From: Nitrospirota bacterium
Lineage (GTDB): Bacteria; Nitrospirota; UBA9217
Length of the DNA: 64,000 nucleotides
Reading direction: 5' to 3'
Assembly: GCA_963796285.1 (NCBI GenBank)
Contig: CAWCKW010000003.1
Span: forward strand, 1 to 64,000
Shown here in pieces: positions 1 through 10,042 of the stretch (positions within the stretch are counted from its first letter, which is position 1; the number at the start of each line of letters is the position of its first letter). Both the position numbers and the translations under genes were made by a program. The notes beneath the pieces are model-generated. The model ran no database searches. It had not been told where the DNA came from and worked only from the letters and a program-made list of their open reading frames with translations.

Positions 1-1332
1 TCTCGAGCAAGATGAAATCGTAATTACGTCGAGACTTAGCGCATTGCTCTTCTCATGTTTAACTTGAGTATCATCGAATATTGCTGCGACTCCATCGGGA
101 TAATGGATTGTCCATTGATTTGACTTATGCGCTTTTTCTACGGCATGATCCGATTGAATAATTCCACCCTCTTCACCAATATGTATTTCTTGGCCGCTAC
201 CAATAAGGCCAACAACGCACCATTCAGGAATACGCTCTGCGAACTCAACAAAATGCTCAGGCTCAGATTTACCATCAATAAAACCTGGTCTGTGGCCATG
301 TTTCTCCTTGACCTGCTCGGCATCGAAAGCACGCTGTGCCTCATCGTAGACTAGCACGTGCTCAGGCGGTACAAGATCTGCTTTAGCAGAATAACGCTTT
401 ACATAGTTCAAAACATCACGTACGAAAGTACTTCCGCCACCACCGGCACTCTTTAGTTCGTACTGCAATACTTCGCATGCGGTCCATTTCCAGAGAGAAA
501 CACCGCCGGTGCAGTAGGTTTTCCGTTCTTTCTCGGAACAGCAAGATCGTCAAGAAAGTGTGCATGTACGACTTGGAGACCTACGAGCGTCTTACCTGCT
601 CCAGGTACGCCCGTGAGTAGAATAAGATGCCGTGTTCTTGTTCGCGCAGCCTCATGAATAATCTTGGTAATCTCAGCAAGGGCTGGCTCAGTTGCAGCTC
701 GCGCCCTATGAATTGCGCGGATCGATCCGGATTTCATCAGTTCCCGCGCAGCCTGAACTAGTGTCGGGAGTGGTCGGTATGCATCGGCCGAAAGAAAAGA
801 ACTCACGGAAACTGGGGCAGAAATTGTTGGACGGTCTTTTTTTTGCAACAAAATCATCAAGGACATCGGGCCCATAATGTAGTACGCCCCCGGCTTCACC
901 ATGGTATCCCTTTGCCCGTGTTGGCATAAGCACAACATGCACAGTGACATTCAGCGCACTCTCGATGATAACAACGAAGTCACGACCATAAGCAGCAGCC
1001 TGATCAAGATCTGCCTGAGAAGGACGTTCTTTCCCCTTTAATTCAATTACGACTACTGCCCCACTGATTAAGAATATTACGTCAGTGCGGCGTGACTCCA
1101 TCGGCAGCTCGTATTCGAATAGTCTTCATAATGGGCAGCCGATAGCATTTTGCGCAAGTATTTCCGCAACCTCATGTTGCAACGGTGGGATCGACTGATC
1201 CCAGGCAGACACCTGTTGGTGACTTGCATCGGTGATGAACGCTTGTAGCCGTTCACGTATTTCTCCAGCCCCGCTCTTCTGAAAGGTTGGAAAATCCGAC
1301 TCCCAGCCGTAACGTGCGGAATTGTCGCTCAT
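1..1332 (-). CDS. DUF2075 / Schlafen-type P-loop helicase-like protein; frameshifted, runs off the window start
   Basis: Consecutive fragments 1126-1365, 706-1101 and 453-950. NERD-like 'RRTDVIFL..VVVIELKGK' and Walker A 'LTGVPGAGKT'. ATG at 1332. Confidence 0.7.
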
Positions 1333-1365
1333 AACGAAAGCCTCGACGAACTTCTTAATCCTCAA

Positions 1366-1730
1366 TTAGCGGGAAATCCGCTTCAGCCCAATCAGTTCAT
1401 GCAGTTTCTCTGGCGGAAGCCAAGTAAGAGCCTTATGCTCGTGTAATTTTATTTCACCCGTTGTGATTCTGCAGACAAATGGATAGAGGGTAATTATGAA
1501 GGTCGGATATTGGTGGGTTACTGGGGCAAGAGACCGAGATATAACAATAGCAATACCAAGTTCTTCATGTAATTCACGTGAGAGGCAATCTTCCGGGCGC
1601 TCCCCGTCGTTGATCTTACCGCCAGGGAACTCCCACTTCAGCGGCAAGCTCATGGTCTCACTCGCTGAGTAGAGAGCACCTTGCCGTCTTTTTCGATTAT
1701 TGCACATGTGACATGAATGTGTTTCATCAT
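1366..1730 (-). CDS. NUDIX (MutT-like) NTP pyrophosphohydrolase; frameshifted near the 5' end
   Basis: Nudix box 'WEFPGGKINDGERPEDCLSRELHEELG'. N-terminus MMKHIHVTCAIIEKDGKVL lies in another frame. Confidence 0.85.
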
Positions 1731-1771
1731 TTTCAGAAAAACCCGTCGATCTTTGATTAAATCACACTCTG

Positions 1772-2065
1772 TTATTCGCCCACATGATGCCAATTGTTCT
1801 CTGGCAACTTGCATAAGAAGTCATATACCTTCTCAAGACAGCCCTGCGCAGCAGCCCAGTCAATGTGTTCGCGGAGTCGCATAATTTTAATCTGTGCTGG
1901 CGTATCCCACAAGGCGGCCAAAATAAGCGGTAGTGCGGGTTCACAGCCAGATATTTTGCGCTGCTTATTGGGAAGCAGGTCATATAGCTCCTGCCATCTT
2001 TTCGGTTGCGGACATACCCGGTTGTTCTTCTGAATTTCTTTTATAACGTCATCAATTGTTACCAT
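1772..2065 (-). CDS. hypothetical protein
   Basis: 97-aa ORF with GAGGAG RBS, co-oriented with its neighbours. Confidence 0.65.
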   Translation of the reverse strand: MVTIDDVIKEIQKNNRVCPQPKRWQELYDLLPNKQRKISGCEPALPLILAALWDTPAQIKIMRLREHIDWAAAQGCLEKVYDFLCKLPENNWHHVGE

Positions 2066-2128
2066 TCAACAATGCTCCTCGCTAACAATTCACCCTGAGT
2101 GGAATTTTCTCACGATAGGCTCCATCTT

Positions 2129-3139
2129 TCAACGCATCTGTTCATAATAATCTAAAAGCAAATATAATTCTAAGTGAATACCTCTTGCAGGCAGCAAATG
2201 GCTTCGTTTCTCATAAACTATTTCGGAGAATATTTTTTCGCTCGACGTCCTCTGCAAGATGTATCTTCCTATGGCAGTTTGGACAGATACAAAGGATGTT
2301 TTCAGGCACATCAATATCATACTCAAAAGTGCCCTGCTTGCTCATAGGGATAAGGTGGTGAGCTTCCATATACTGTTTTCCGGATATCTTATTAATGAAC
2401 GTGATATGAGCGGGATCTATTTCGCATTTATACTCCGCTGCGATAAGAGCATTTCTCGTCTCTCGGATTACTCTGATACTTCTCAGCTTTACTGTACTTC
2501 TTGGGCATGGGACGAGGCAAACTACCCGCAGGGATTGCAACCGGATCAACTTCGTTCACCGTTTTCTGATAATGGACCTCTCGTTCATTGTCCGCTAGCA
2601 GCAAGTCCCTTTCTCCTATGCTCAACAGGCCGAGTTCGTCGATATAGCTTATGCCGAAATTTGTGAATCCAGAAAACGTAACAGCAGATTTCCATGCTTT
2701 CTCTTTTCCAATCTCGATTGCATACTGTTGCTCCAGTTTCTGTCCACTATAGCCTTTCCGGACCAACTCGAAAAGCATAGCAATTGCATATATTGTTTCT
2801 GTACGATAGTAATCCGCTAGGATATATTTACATAGCAATTGCTGCTGCGGTTTCGATAAACTCCACTTACCACCCGACCTTGCCTCATAATATTTTTTCC
2901 CAAGATCGGTTATCTCAACTTTGCTCTTACGCTCAATGGTAATAAGACCAAGCCCCTCTGCCAATCTGGCAAGCGTCCGTACTCGAACTAGCGGATGCTT
3001 GACCTTTCCACTTGGTGTTGTTTCGCTCGAGCAGCCGCAAGAGACTGCATATCTGTCAAGTGCTTCTCAGCGGCATAGTAGACAACGCCGTTAATGTAAT
3101 GTAACTTCGCTACAGTGAAGACCTGACCTCTCAAGCCAT
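2129..3139 (-). CDS. McrA-like HNH endonuclease with N-terminal extension; frameshifted
   Basis: 'YMEAHHLIPMS...ENILCICPNCHRKIH' in 2211-2549. Fragments 2428-2964 and 2129-2326. AGGAG RBS before ATG 3139. Confidence 0.75.
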
Positions 3140-3241
3140 TCTCCTATTTTAAACTACTTTGGGATCATTGTTTCTAACTATGTTTTACAATATCAGATAA
3201 AATGCAATAATGGAAATAACATCACCCTCTAGGTTCCTTTT

Positions 3242-4075
3242 TCATACCAAATCTTTGGCATATCTAAGAAGTCCGGGGAAAGCGCTCATTCCATTCCAAA
3301 ATGCGATTTCCCAATTATTTCGGCCCCTCACCTTTCTGAATAAGTTCCTTCATTTGATATTTAATGATTTTATTGATCCACATTTTGTCAGGCTGACTAT
3401 GTGTTATTTCGAATAATAGCTTTATCTCTCTCTCAAATCCCCTATTTTTCTGCTAGACTCAGCACCTAATTTACGAGCCAATCCGTATGAATCAAAGTGT
3501 TTACGCACTACCTTTTCCACATAAGGATCATAGCCATTCGAGGTTTTATCTGGGTCAATACTGAATGAAGCAAAAAGACATTGTCATGGTTAATAGTACA
3601 TTTTAAATAACGAGTTTTCGTTAATGGGTCATAATAAGGGTGGATCGTCTTCCGGATCGGATGGACTTTGCCAACACTCTTCCCTCGTTGCAGGCATTGC
3701 AAACGCGAACTAGGTTCGGTGGATAAACATAGTAATCAGGAAATTTCGAACCCGGTAGAAAATGATCCCAGGTTCTAGCTGTTTCAATCTGACAATATGG
3801 ACAGCGAGGAGTGGTGGACCTTTTCGCACTAAGTCCCTTTTTGAATTTGGTGCTTGTATCGTAACAGCTTTTTAATGCTATTTTTTCACTTGCCGTCCTC
3901 GGTACAATTGAAACCTTTTCCGGTTTTAATTTCTTAGAATCATACTCTGCATACCTGTCTGCGATTTTTTGAAATAAGGCTTCGGAATAGTCCGATTAGT
4001 ACCGCTGTATTTACGCCTAACCAAATTACGAAAATCTACAAAGTGATCACCAATGGGAGCAACAACGTTTTTCAT
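3242..4075 (-). CDS. HNH endonuclease, PtuB-like; frameshifted
   Basis: Manual translation gives MKNVVAPIG..., 'RCPYCQIETARTWDHFLP', and a second Cys pair. The start overlaps the ATPase stop (ATGA). Confidence 0.65.
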
Positions 4076-5570
4076 TTATTCCGCCTTTTTGCAGCCGACC
4101 ATAAATAGATAAGCGCATTAGATCCCAATCCACGCGGGAATAGTGCTTCTACACTTTTTGGTTTATAGTTATGTTTTTCTAGCAACTTATCTATAATTGA
4201 CGTGTAGTCACGCTTAAACTCCTGAGCCTCAAATAGCACGTTAGAAATCTCGGATAAGTTCTCACCAAAACATTCGAATGTCAGGAATTGTAACCTCAAC
4301 CGAATTGCCTACTCTTGCCATAACGCGTATAGAGCTACTTGATACTTGCTGTGCAATAATTGGCGAATGCGTGGCAATAACTGCATATGACTTAAATATT
4401 CTGAGAAGACGCGATATTTCAGATATAAGACTTGTCATTAGACTAGGATGCAGATGAGTTTCTGGTTCATCTATCAGCACTAAGGTCTTTTCGTGAAGGT
4501 TGGACATCAAGTGTGTCAAGATGTTAAGGGCGATACGTTGGCCTGCGCTCAGCCTATTATAATAATTAGCATTTGCATCATTCATGTCATACCCAAGGTC
4601 AACTCCAAGTACATTCTTGATAGCAACCGATAACGTTTTCCGTTGTTCACTATCCATCCTATCAACTGACTCCTGAATGCTTTGAATCAGATCGTTTTCT
4701 GTACACAAATTACCATCTATTGTTCGGATGCCGCAGTACGTATATGATAATATTGCGCCTGGTTGAGGTTTGGGCAGTTCAAATTTGTCAAAAGCATTGA
4801 ATGATATTGCGACAACACTATAAAAAGACGGCGCAGGATTTACGCGGCCTGCCTTCATTCTTTTCCCTATGATAACTTCATCATGCGCGCTAGTCCCTTC
4901 CTCTGATGTTATTCCGCTTAAAGCAATGGCCAGCCTTGAAAGGAACTGCGTTTTGCCCGCCCCATTAGGGCCCACGAGCAGCATTATGTTATTATGCAAT
5001 CCCTTAGAAGCTCGAAAATTAAAAAAGAAATTTAATTCATTTTCGGCACCCGGAAGTTTCACTGTATATGTGAAGGATTTTATACTTCTTCGTTGCCCAC
5101 CAAATATTTGGGGAACCTCATCCCGCACCTTAATTACTAAAGATTTATCACGTAAAAGTGACACTTGAAAACATTCATCCTCATCAAAAGATTTCCAAAT
5201 ACGAGGGAAATAGGCAGCATCTTTAATTGCTCGAAGGAATTGGACACCAAATCCTGCACTGAACTCTTTTAGACTATTGTAGAAATCGATATTTGAACTT
5301 AGGGCACAATAATTATCAGCTAGTGATGTGAAATTATTGGGACCGTTTCAAATACCCACGTGCCAGATTTCTGCCCACGATACATAATTCGATAAGACCC
5401 GACCTCTACGTAGGAGGAATCTGGCTTCATGTAGACGTAAACGGTGCAGCTCGTGTAGTAGCTATAGTCGTTCCAGTCATCTTTTTTAGCACCACAACAG
5501 GATAAGACTTTTCAGGTCCAGGATGACTGGGCGGCCTTCGACCAGACTCTTTATCAACAATAAAAAGCAT
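4072..5570 (-). CDS. ABC/AAA_21-type ATPase, PtuA-like; frameshifted
   Basis: Walker A 'GPNGAGKT', signature 'LSAGQ', Walker B 'LIDEPETHLHP', 'ATHSP'. AGGAG RBS before ATG 5570. Confidence 0.8.
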
Positions 5571-5689
5571 CAATTCTCCTATTGAAGTGTGGGATGCGCG
5601 GACCCTTTAGGGTCACCCATTTGAAGGCTCCCTGTCAAGAGTAAAAGCCACCCCATGGCGAGAAAATGAAATTTTCTCGTCGATGTTTA

Positions 5690-6020
5690 TGCAGTCATCG
5701 TTTTCTCTACCATTGCCGTAGTTTCATTCAGTTGCGGTATTCAGTTCTTCACTGCGTCACCCATCTCGATTAAGGTTTCGCTAATGTTGTTTCGCGTAAC
5801 CCTTTCCCCGCGAAGCGGGGACCAGAAAATAATCGGCTCCTTGCCGTGTCCAAAACGGGTATCACAGATCATGTGGTTGTCAGCCAAGCCCCAGGGTGGC
5901 TCACGGCACGGGCAGTAAAGATCCCGACAACTCTATAGTATTGGGTGGAGCGGGATTACCAATCAAGTCTCGTGGTTCTTCCACACCCTAAGCAGGTTCA
6001 CCGCTCCAGCCATCCTGTAA
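5690..6020 (-). ncRNA. bridge/seek RNA of the IS1111 element (ends approximate)
   Basis: Minus strand carries TTAGGGT-hairpin-AGACTTGA matching the target flanks, and ATTA-hairpin-ATGGGTGA matching the circle junction. Confidence 0.75.
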
Positions 6021-7041
6021 TTACACAAATATCTTCTCCGGCATAAACAGCACCTCGTCGCGCATTACGTAATACGCTGCTCTCGCCAGCTTGTGCGCAA
6101 GGGCGTTGTGCGCGGCCATGAAGTTGGTTTTCTGCATCTTGCGATTATAGTATGTCCTTGCCTGGGTGTAGCTGCGCCGGGCATGCTCGGCTGCCTCGGA
6201 ATAGGCCCATGCAAGATACTTGTTGCCGCTCTTTTTGTTCCCTTTGCCTTTTACCTTGTCGTTGCTGAGCCATTTGCTTGAAACTTTCCGGCAGTATAGA
6301 TACGTAGTTGCCAACCTTGGCGAAGCGGCTGATCGGCCCGGTCTCCAGCATGATGGTCAGCGCCAGAATCTTGCCGATCCCGAATACGCTCTGCAGCTTC
6401 TCGTAAGGTGGCTTCAGCTCTACCTTATTTTCTATCACTGCCTCGATCTTTTTGATCTGGCGCGTCAGAAAATCGATGGACTCTTTGCTGACCATCCCCG
6501 CCAGAGCCAAGTCAGCGCTTCCCGCAAGAAAGGGGGTCACTCGATCCTCGGTCAGTATTTTTACATCGCTCGTCTTGAGCTTAAATCCGTTGTTGCGGCT
6601 GAGGATGTTCTGCAGGCTCACGATGAGTGAGGTTCGCAGTCTTACCAGGTGCATGCGTTTTCGCAGAAGATCGCGTATCGGCCGGTCTTCCTTCGGATAG
6701 ATGTAACCCTCGGGCAGAATCCCCAGCCGCAGCATTTCTGCCAGCCAGAAGGCGTCGTGCTGATCGTCGGCGAATTTTAGCCCGGTGTATTTCTTGATCG
6801 CTGCCGGATTGGCCAGATGAACGTGGTAACCTTCACCCATCAGCAGGTCAACCAGCCAGTACCAGTTATAGGTCGATTCCACAACGATACCGGCGATGTC
6901 ATTCTTGTACGGGTTGAGCGCCGCCTGAATACGCTCTCGATCATTCGGCAGCTTCTGTTTATATACCCGCTTGCCGGATTCGTCGATGATGCCGAGATAA
7001 CTGTTGCTTGAATGTAGATCTAATCCAGTGTACAATTTCAT
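6021..7041 (-). CDS. IS110-family transposase/recombinase; frameshift near 6300
   Basis: 'YTGLDLHS', 'VESTYNW', 'DDQHDA', 'GIGKILALTI'. C-terminal 'KKSGNKYLAWAYSEAA' in 6021-6314. Confidence 0.92.
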
Positions 7042-7132
7042 ATAGCACCTCCAAGGTTAGATTGGACTCTTCCCTTGAAGCATACCAGAGTGCCAAAACG
7101 CTCTGGTATGCTGAGGTGCCTTCATATGATTA

Positions 7133-7693
7133 TCAAGTCTTGCGGCTTGACATTCCCCGCTTCCGGGCTTTTTTATAAACCGCCTGACTCTCCTTTACGA
7201 TAAAACCAATTTTCCTCTTCGGCTTTTCCTCAACTTCTATCAATTGACGAATCGCTTCAAAAACGATCTGGAACTGCCCGTCATATTTCTTCTCCAATTC
7301 AGCCAGCTTCCGGGCCAGGTCCTTATGGGACGCGATCATCTCCCTCAGCTGTGTGAATGTTCTCATGATCTGAATGTTCACCTGGATCGCCTTGGGGCTA
7401 TTCAGAATGCTTGACAGCATCGCCACCCCGTTTTCCGTAAATGCGTACGGGAGATACCTCCTGCCTCCCCATCTTGAGGTGCCAAAATGGTACTTCAAGT
7501 TGTCGAACTCTTCTTTCGTCAGCTGTACCATGAAATCATCAGGAAAGCGATCAAGATTTCTTTTGACCGCACGCACCAGCATCTTCGTTTCAACGCCATA
7601 GAGCGCTGCCAGATCGCTGTCCAGCATCATCTTCTGGCCGCCGATCAACAAGATCTTCTTTTCAATCACCTCTATTGGCACGAGTGCTTTCAT
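7133..7693 (-). CDS. ORF6N (KilA-N-like) domain protein
   Basis: '[27 protein letters not shown]', '[16 protein letters not shown]', C-terminal 'KRKIGF'. Confidence 0.9.
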   Translation of the reverse strand: MKALVPIEVIEKKILLIGGQKMMLDSDLAALYGVETKMLVRAVKRNLDRFPDDFMVQLTKEEFDNLKYHFGTSRWGGRRYLPYAFTENGVAMLSSILNSPKAIQVNIQIMRTFTQLREMIASHKDLARKLAELEKKYDGQFQIVFEAIRQLIEVEEKPKRKIGFIVKESQAVYKKARKRGMSSRKT

Positions 7694-7984
7694 GTATTCT
7701 CCGTTTTGCTGTCAGAGGTCTGGGCCGTTGTTGCACCGTTGAGTTCCTGTTGAAGGGCTGAAAGGTCGTTCATGGTTCTCCGGGATGTAGACCGTCTGGA
7801 AGGAATGCTAGATAGATGAAACCTGTCGACCGAACAAGAAGAACAATATACCGGAAAGCGCTAAATTGCAAGGGGAGAGGTGGGGGGGATGCAGTGTAGA
7901 ATTCGGAGTGCGGAGTGGAAACCCTGAGGGCCAAAGAAGACAGGGGTCTGGGTGAAGGGCACAGGGGTTCATGACCTACCGCTT

Positions 7985-8431
7985 TTATTCTTCCCCTAGT
8001 GCTTCCAGATCAGCGAGGTCTTTTTTTCTCCCCAGTGCCTGTTTGTTGCGAATGAAAGCGCGTTTCCCGAGATAGTGCACCACAACATCGCCGTAGTTGC
8101 CGTTTTCACGGCTTGCTGCGGCTTCTTCCCAGGACAATCCCGTAATGGATGTGATGATATCAACACGAACAGGCACGACGCCGAGCTGTACGATCTTGTC
8201 CGGCGAAGAGAAGTCCTCATTTCTCAAACCCAGGGAGCCGAAACCATATTCCTCAAGCGCGCTGAGGATGCGCCTCGCGTTCTCCTGATCGGCACGAACG
8301 AGAATATCCATGTCGCCGGTATATCGTGGAGCTCCGTAATACGCAAGTGCATATGCGCCGACGATAAGATAATCGACGTCATGGGCGTTGAATAACGCGA
8401 GCAGTTCTTTGAAGTCTCTCTGAACTTCCAT
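7985..8431 (-). CDS. nucleotidyltransferase-fold protein
   Basis: 'YLIVGAYALAYYGAPRYTGDMDILV' (G...DxD) and 'KQALGRKKDLADLEAL'. Confidence 0.8.
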   Translation of the reverse strand: MEVQRDFKELLALFNAHDVDYLIVGAYALAYYGAPRYTGDMDILVRADQENARRILSALEEYGFGSLGLRNEDFSSPDKIVQLGVVPVRVDIITSITGLSWEEAAASRENGNYGDVVVHYLGKRAFIRNKQALGRKKDLADLEALGEE

Positions 8432-8561
8432 GCTGTTGTCTCCTCAACGACTCAACCGCAGCGATGCGTTCCTCGGGCGTCTTTTCCAACCAGAAGTTAA
8501 GGTTCTCCCTCACTTCGGAGAGGTTACGCAGGTTTTCTTTTCGTATGGTCTTTGTGATCAT
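8379..8561 (-). CDS. small partner protein of the nucleotidyltransferase (toxin-antitoxin-like pair)
   Basis: 60 aa 'FWLEKTPEERIAAVESLRRQ' with GAGG RBS, overlapping the NTase start. Confidence 0.6.
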   Translation of the reverse strand: MITKTIRKENLRNLSEVRENLNFWLEKTPEERIAAVESLRRQQHGSSERLQRTARVIQRP

Positions 8562-8850
8562 ATTTGCCTCACCAGGTCCGACTCCGTGTTTGCATCGCCA
8601 GCGAGTTCAGCATCACGTCTGATTGAAGAATACTATATCAATGGGGAAATGGCAAGCGGATTAAGAAGCAGCGAGGTGAGGGTTATGCAGTGTGGAATGC
8701 GGATTGCGGAGTGGAAAACCGGAGGCCCAACGAAGACTGGGGTCAGGGTTCAGGGTGCAGGAGACAGAGTACTCAGTACTACGTTCAAAGAACAGAGTAC
8801 CGGGTACAGAGTCCCCTACATATAACAGCATTCATTTACGGGACGCTGCG

Positions 8851-9177
8851 CTAGGCTTTCTTGACATACAATGTACAGTAGCCCTGTGGGCTGATCGAAC
8901 CCTCCACTATCTGACAGGTGCCCTCGGCCGTTGACGTCTTGCCGGGGATGAAAAAATTACAATTGCCGCATTTCATATCGCCCTTCGGCTTGTCTTGATA
9001 ACTCACCGCGGCTTTGGCCGACTTTGCTGCGAGTGCCTTGCCGGCGAAAGCGGATGCGAGTGCGACGCATGTTACTGCGGCAGCGCCTTTAAGCAGTGTG
9101 CGGCGGGAAATCAACTTGTCCATGTCCAGGTCTTCGTTCATTTGTGTTTCCTCCTTTTTTGTCATCTCCAGAACCAT
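8851..9177 (-). CDS. high-potential iron-sulfur protein (HiPIP/Iro-like) with Tat signal
   Basis: Tat motif SRRTLLK. Cys pattern CGNCNFF...CQIVEGSISPQGYC. True start may be the ATG at 9141. Confidence 0.85.
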   Translation of the reverse strand: MVLEMTKKEETQMNEDLDMDKLISRRTLLKGAAAVTCVALASAFAGKALAAKSAKAAVSYQDKPKGDMKCGNCNFFIPGKTSTAEGTCQIVEGSISPQGYCTLYVKKA

Positions 9178-9430
9178 TGACCTCGTCGGGTCGACCTGCT
9201 AACTCCGCTGCGGCGGCAGCGAAATTATCTTCTGTATATGAAAAGAACATAGCAGGTGAAAGTTGTCTTGTCAATACGACGAAAGTTCGGATGTCCTGTC
9301 GTTCTTTCCTGTTTCCCGGTACGAGTGCTATACTTTAAGCATGAAGGCTTCTCTAAATGGTTAGAAAGCAGGTATGGTGGAGGGTTCTGCAACTTTTTGA
9401 TAACAAGAACAGACGAAAGGAGTAATCATC

Positions 9431-9958
9431 ATGAAAGAGGAACTCACAAATAGGAATGGCTCGATCCTGACGCTGGTTCTGGCAGGCGGTGCTCTGGGGG
9501 CCGGGTTGGCACTGGCACTGGCGCCGAAACCGGGAAACGAGATCAGGAAAGACCTTAGACGGGTAGCCGACCGTTTCTCACAGGCCGTTGATATTGGCAA
9601 GGACCTCTATGGAGAGAGCCGGGTGTTTGTCGGCAAGGCCGTTGAAGCGAGCAAGAAGGCCTACGTGGAGGAAAAGCCCCTTGAGCCCATAAGAATCGGG
9701 ATGCGCTCTCTCCTGGTGCCGATCCTTGCGAGCGGTATCATCGGGGCAGGCATTGCGCTCCTGCTGGCGCCGAAGTCGGGAACCGCGACCAGGAATGATT
9801 TGAAACGGCTCGCAACGACCACGCGGGAAGGCGTTGTTTCCGCTATTGACGCGGGCAAGGACCTCTACGTGGCAGGCAAAGACGCGATAACCGGGGCAGT
9901 GGAATCAAGCAAGATACCGTATGTCGAAGGGAAAAAGGATATTATGCATGCAGTGTAG
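9431..9958 (+). CDS. YtxH-domain protein (two repeats), copy 1
   Basis: Two 'GAGxALxLAPKxG' YtxH motifs; paralogue at 47920. Confidence 0.85.
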   Translation: MKEELTNRNGSILTLVLAGGALGAGLALALAPKPGNEIRKDLRRVADRFSQAVDIGKDLYGESRVFVGKAVEASKKAYVEEKPLEPIRIGMRSLLVPILASGIIGAGIALLLAPKSGTATRNDLKRLATTTREGVVSAIDAGKDLYVAGKDAITGAVESSKIPYVEGKKDIMHAV

Positions 9959-9975
9959 CAGGGTGTAGGGTTCAC

Positions 9976-10031
9976 TTGAGGTGCCAAAATGGCACCTCAA
10001 GTTGTCGAATACCGCCATAGAGCGCTGCCAG
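9976..10031 (-). pseudogene. internally deleted relic of an ORF6N gene
   Basis: Joins near-identical matches to 7473-7507 and 7595-7612. Confidence 0.7.
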
Positions 10032-10042
10032 TCTGCGTCATC

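Larger units (their letters stand above)
5613..7135 (-). mobile_element. IS1111-type insertion sequence (IS110 family)
   Basis: DEDD transposase, short left end and ~400-nt right non-coding end. Sub-terminal inverted repeats 5619-5631 and 7115-7127 (11/13 match). TGA core at both ends (5613-5615, 7133-7135). Confidence 0.85.

Noticed and set aside
2066-3241. attC sites between the defence genes
   Set aside because: Only isolated CTAAC words are present, with no paired R'/R'' and L boxes.
3242-5570. Retron (Ec78-type) system
   Set aside because: No reverse transcriptase or msr-msd region is visible; the adjacent non-coding RNA belongs to the IS.
1-7041. Programmed frameshifting or mass pseudogenisation
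   Set aside because: Indels are scattered and also hit housekeeping proC (~57433), so sequencing or assembly error is the simpler explanation. It cannot be settled without reads.
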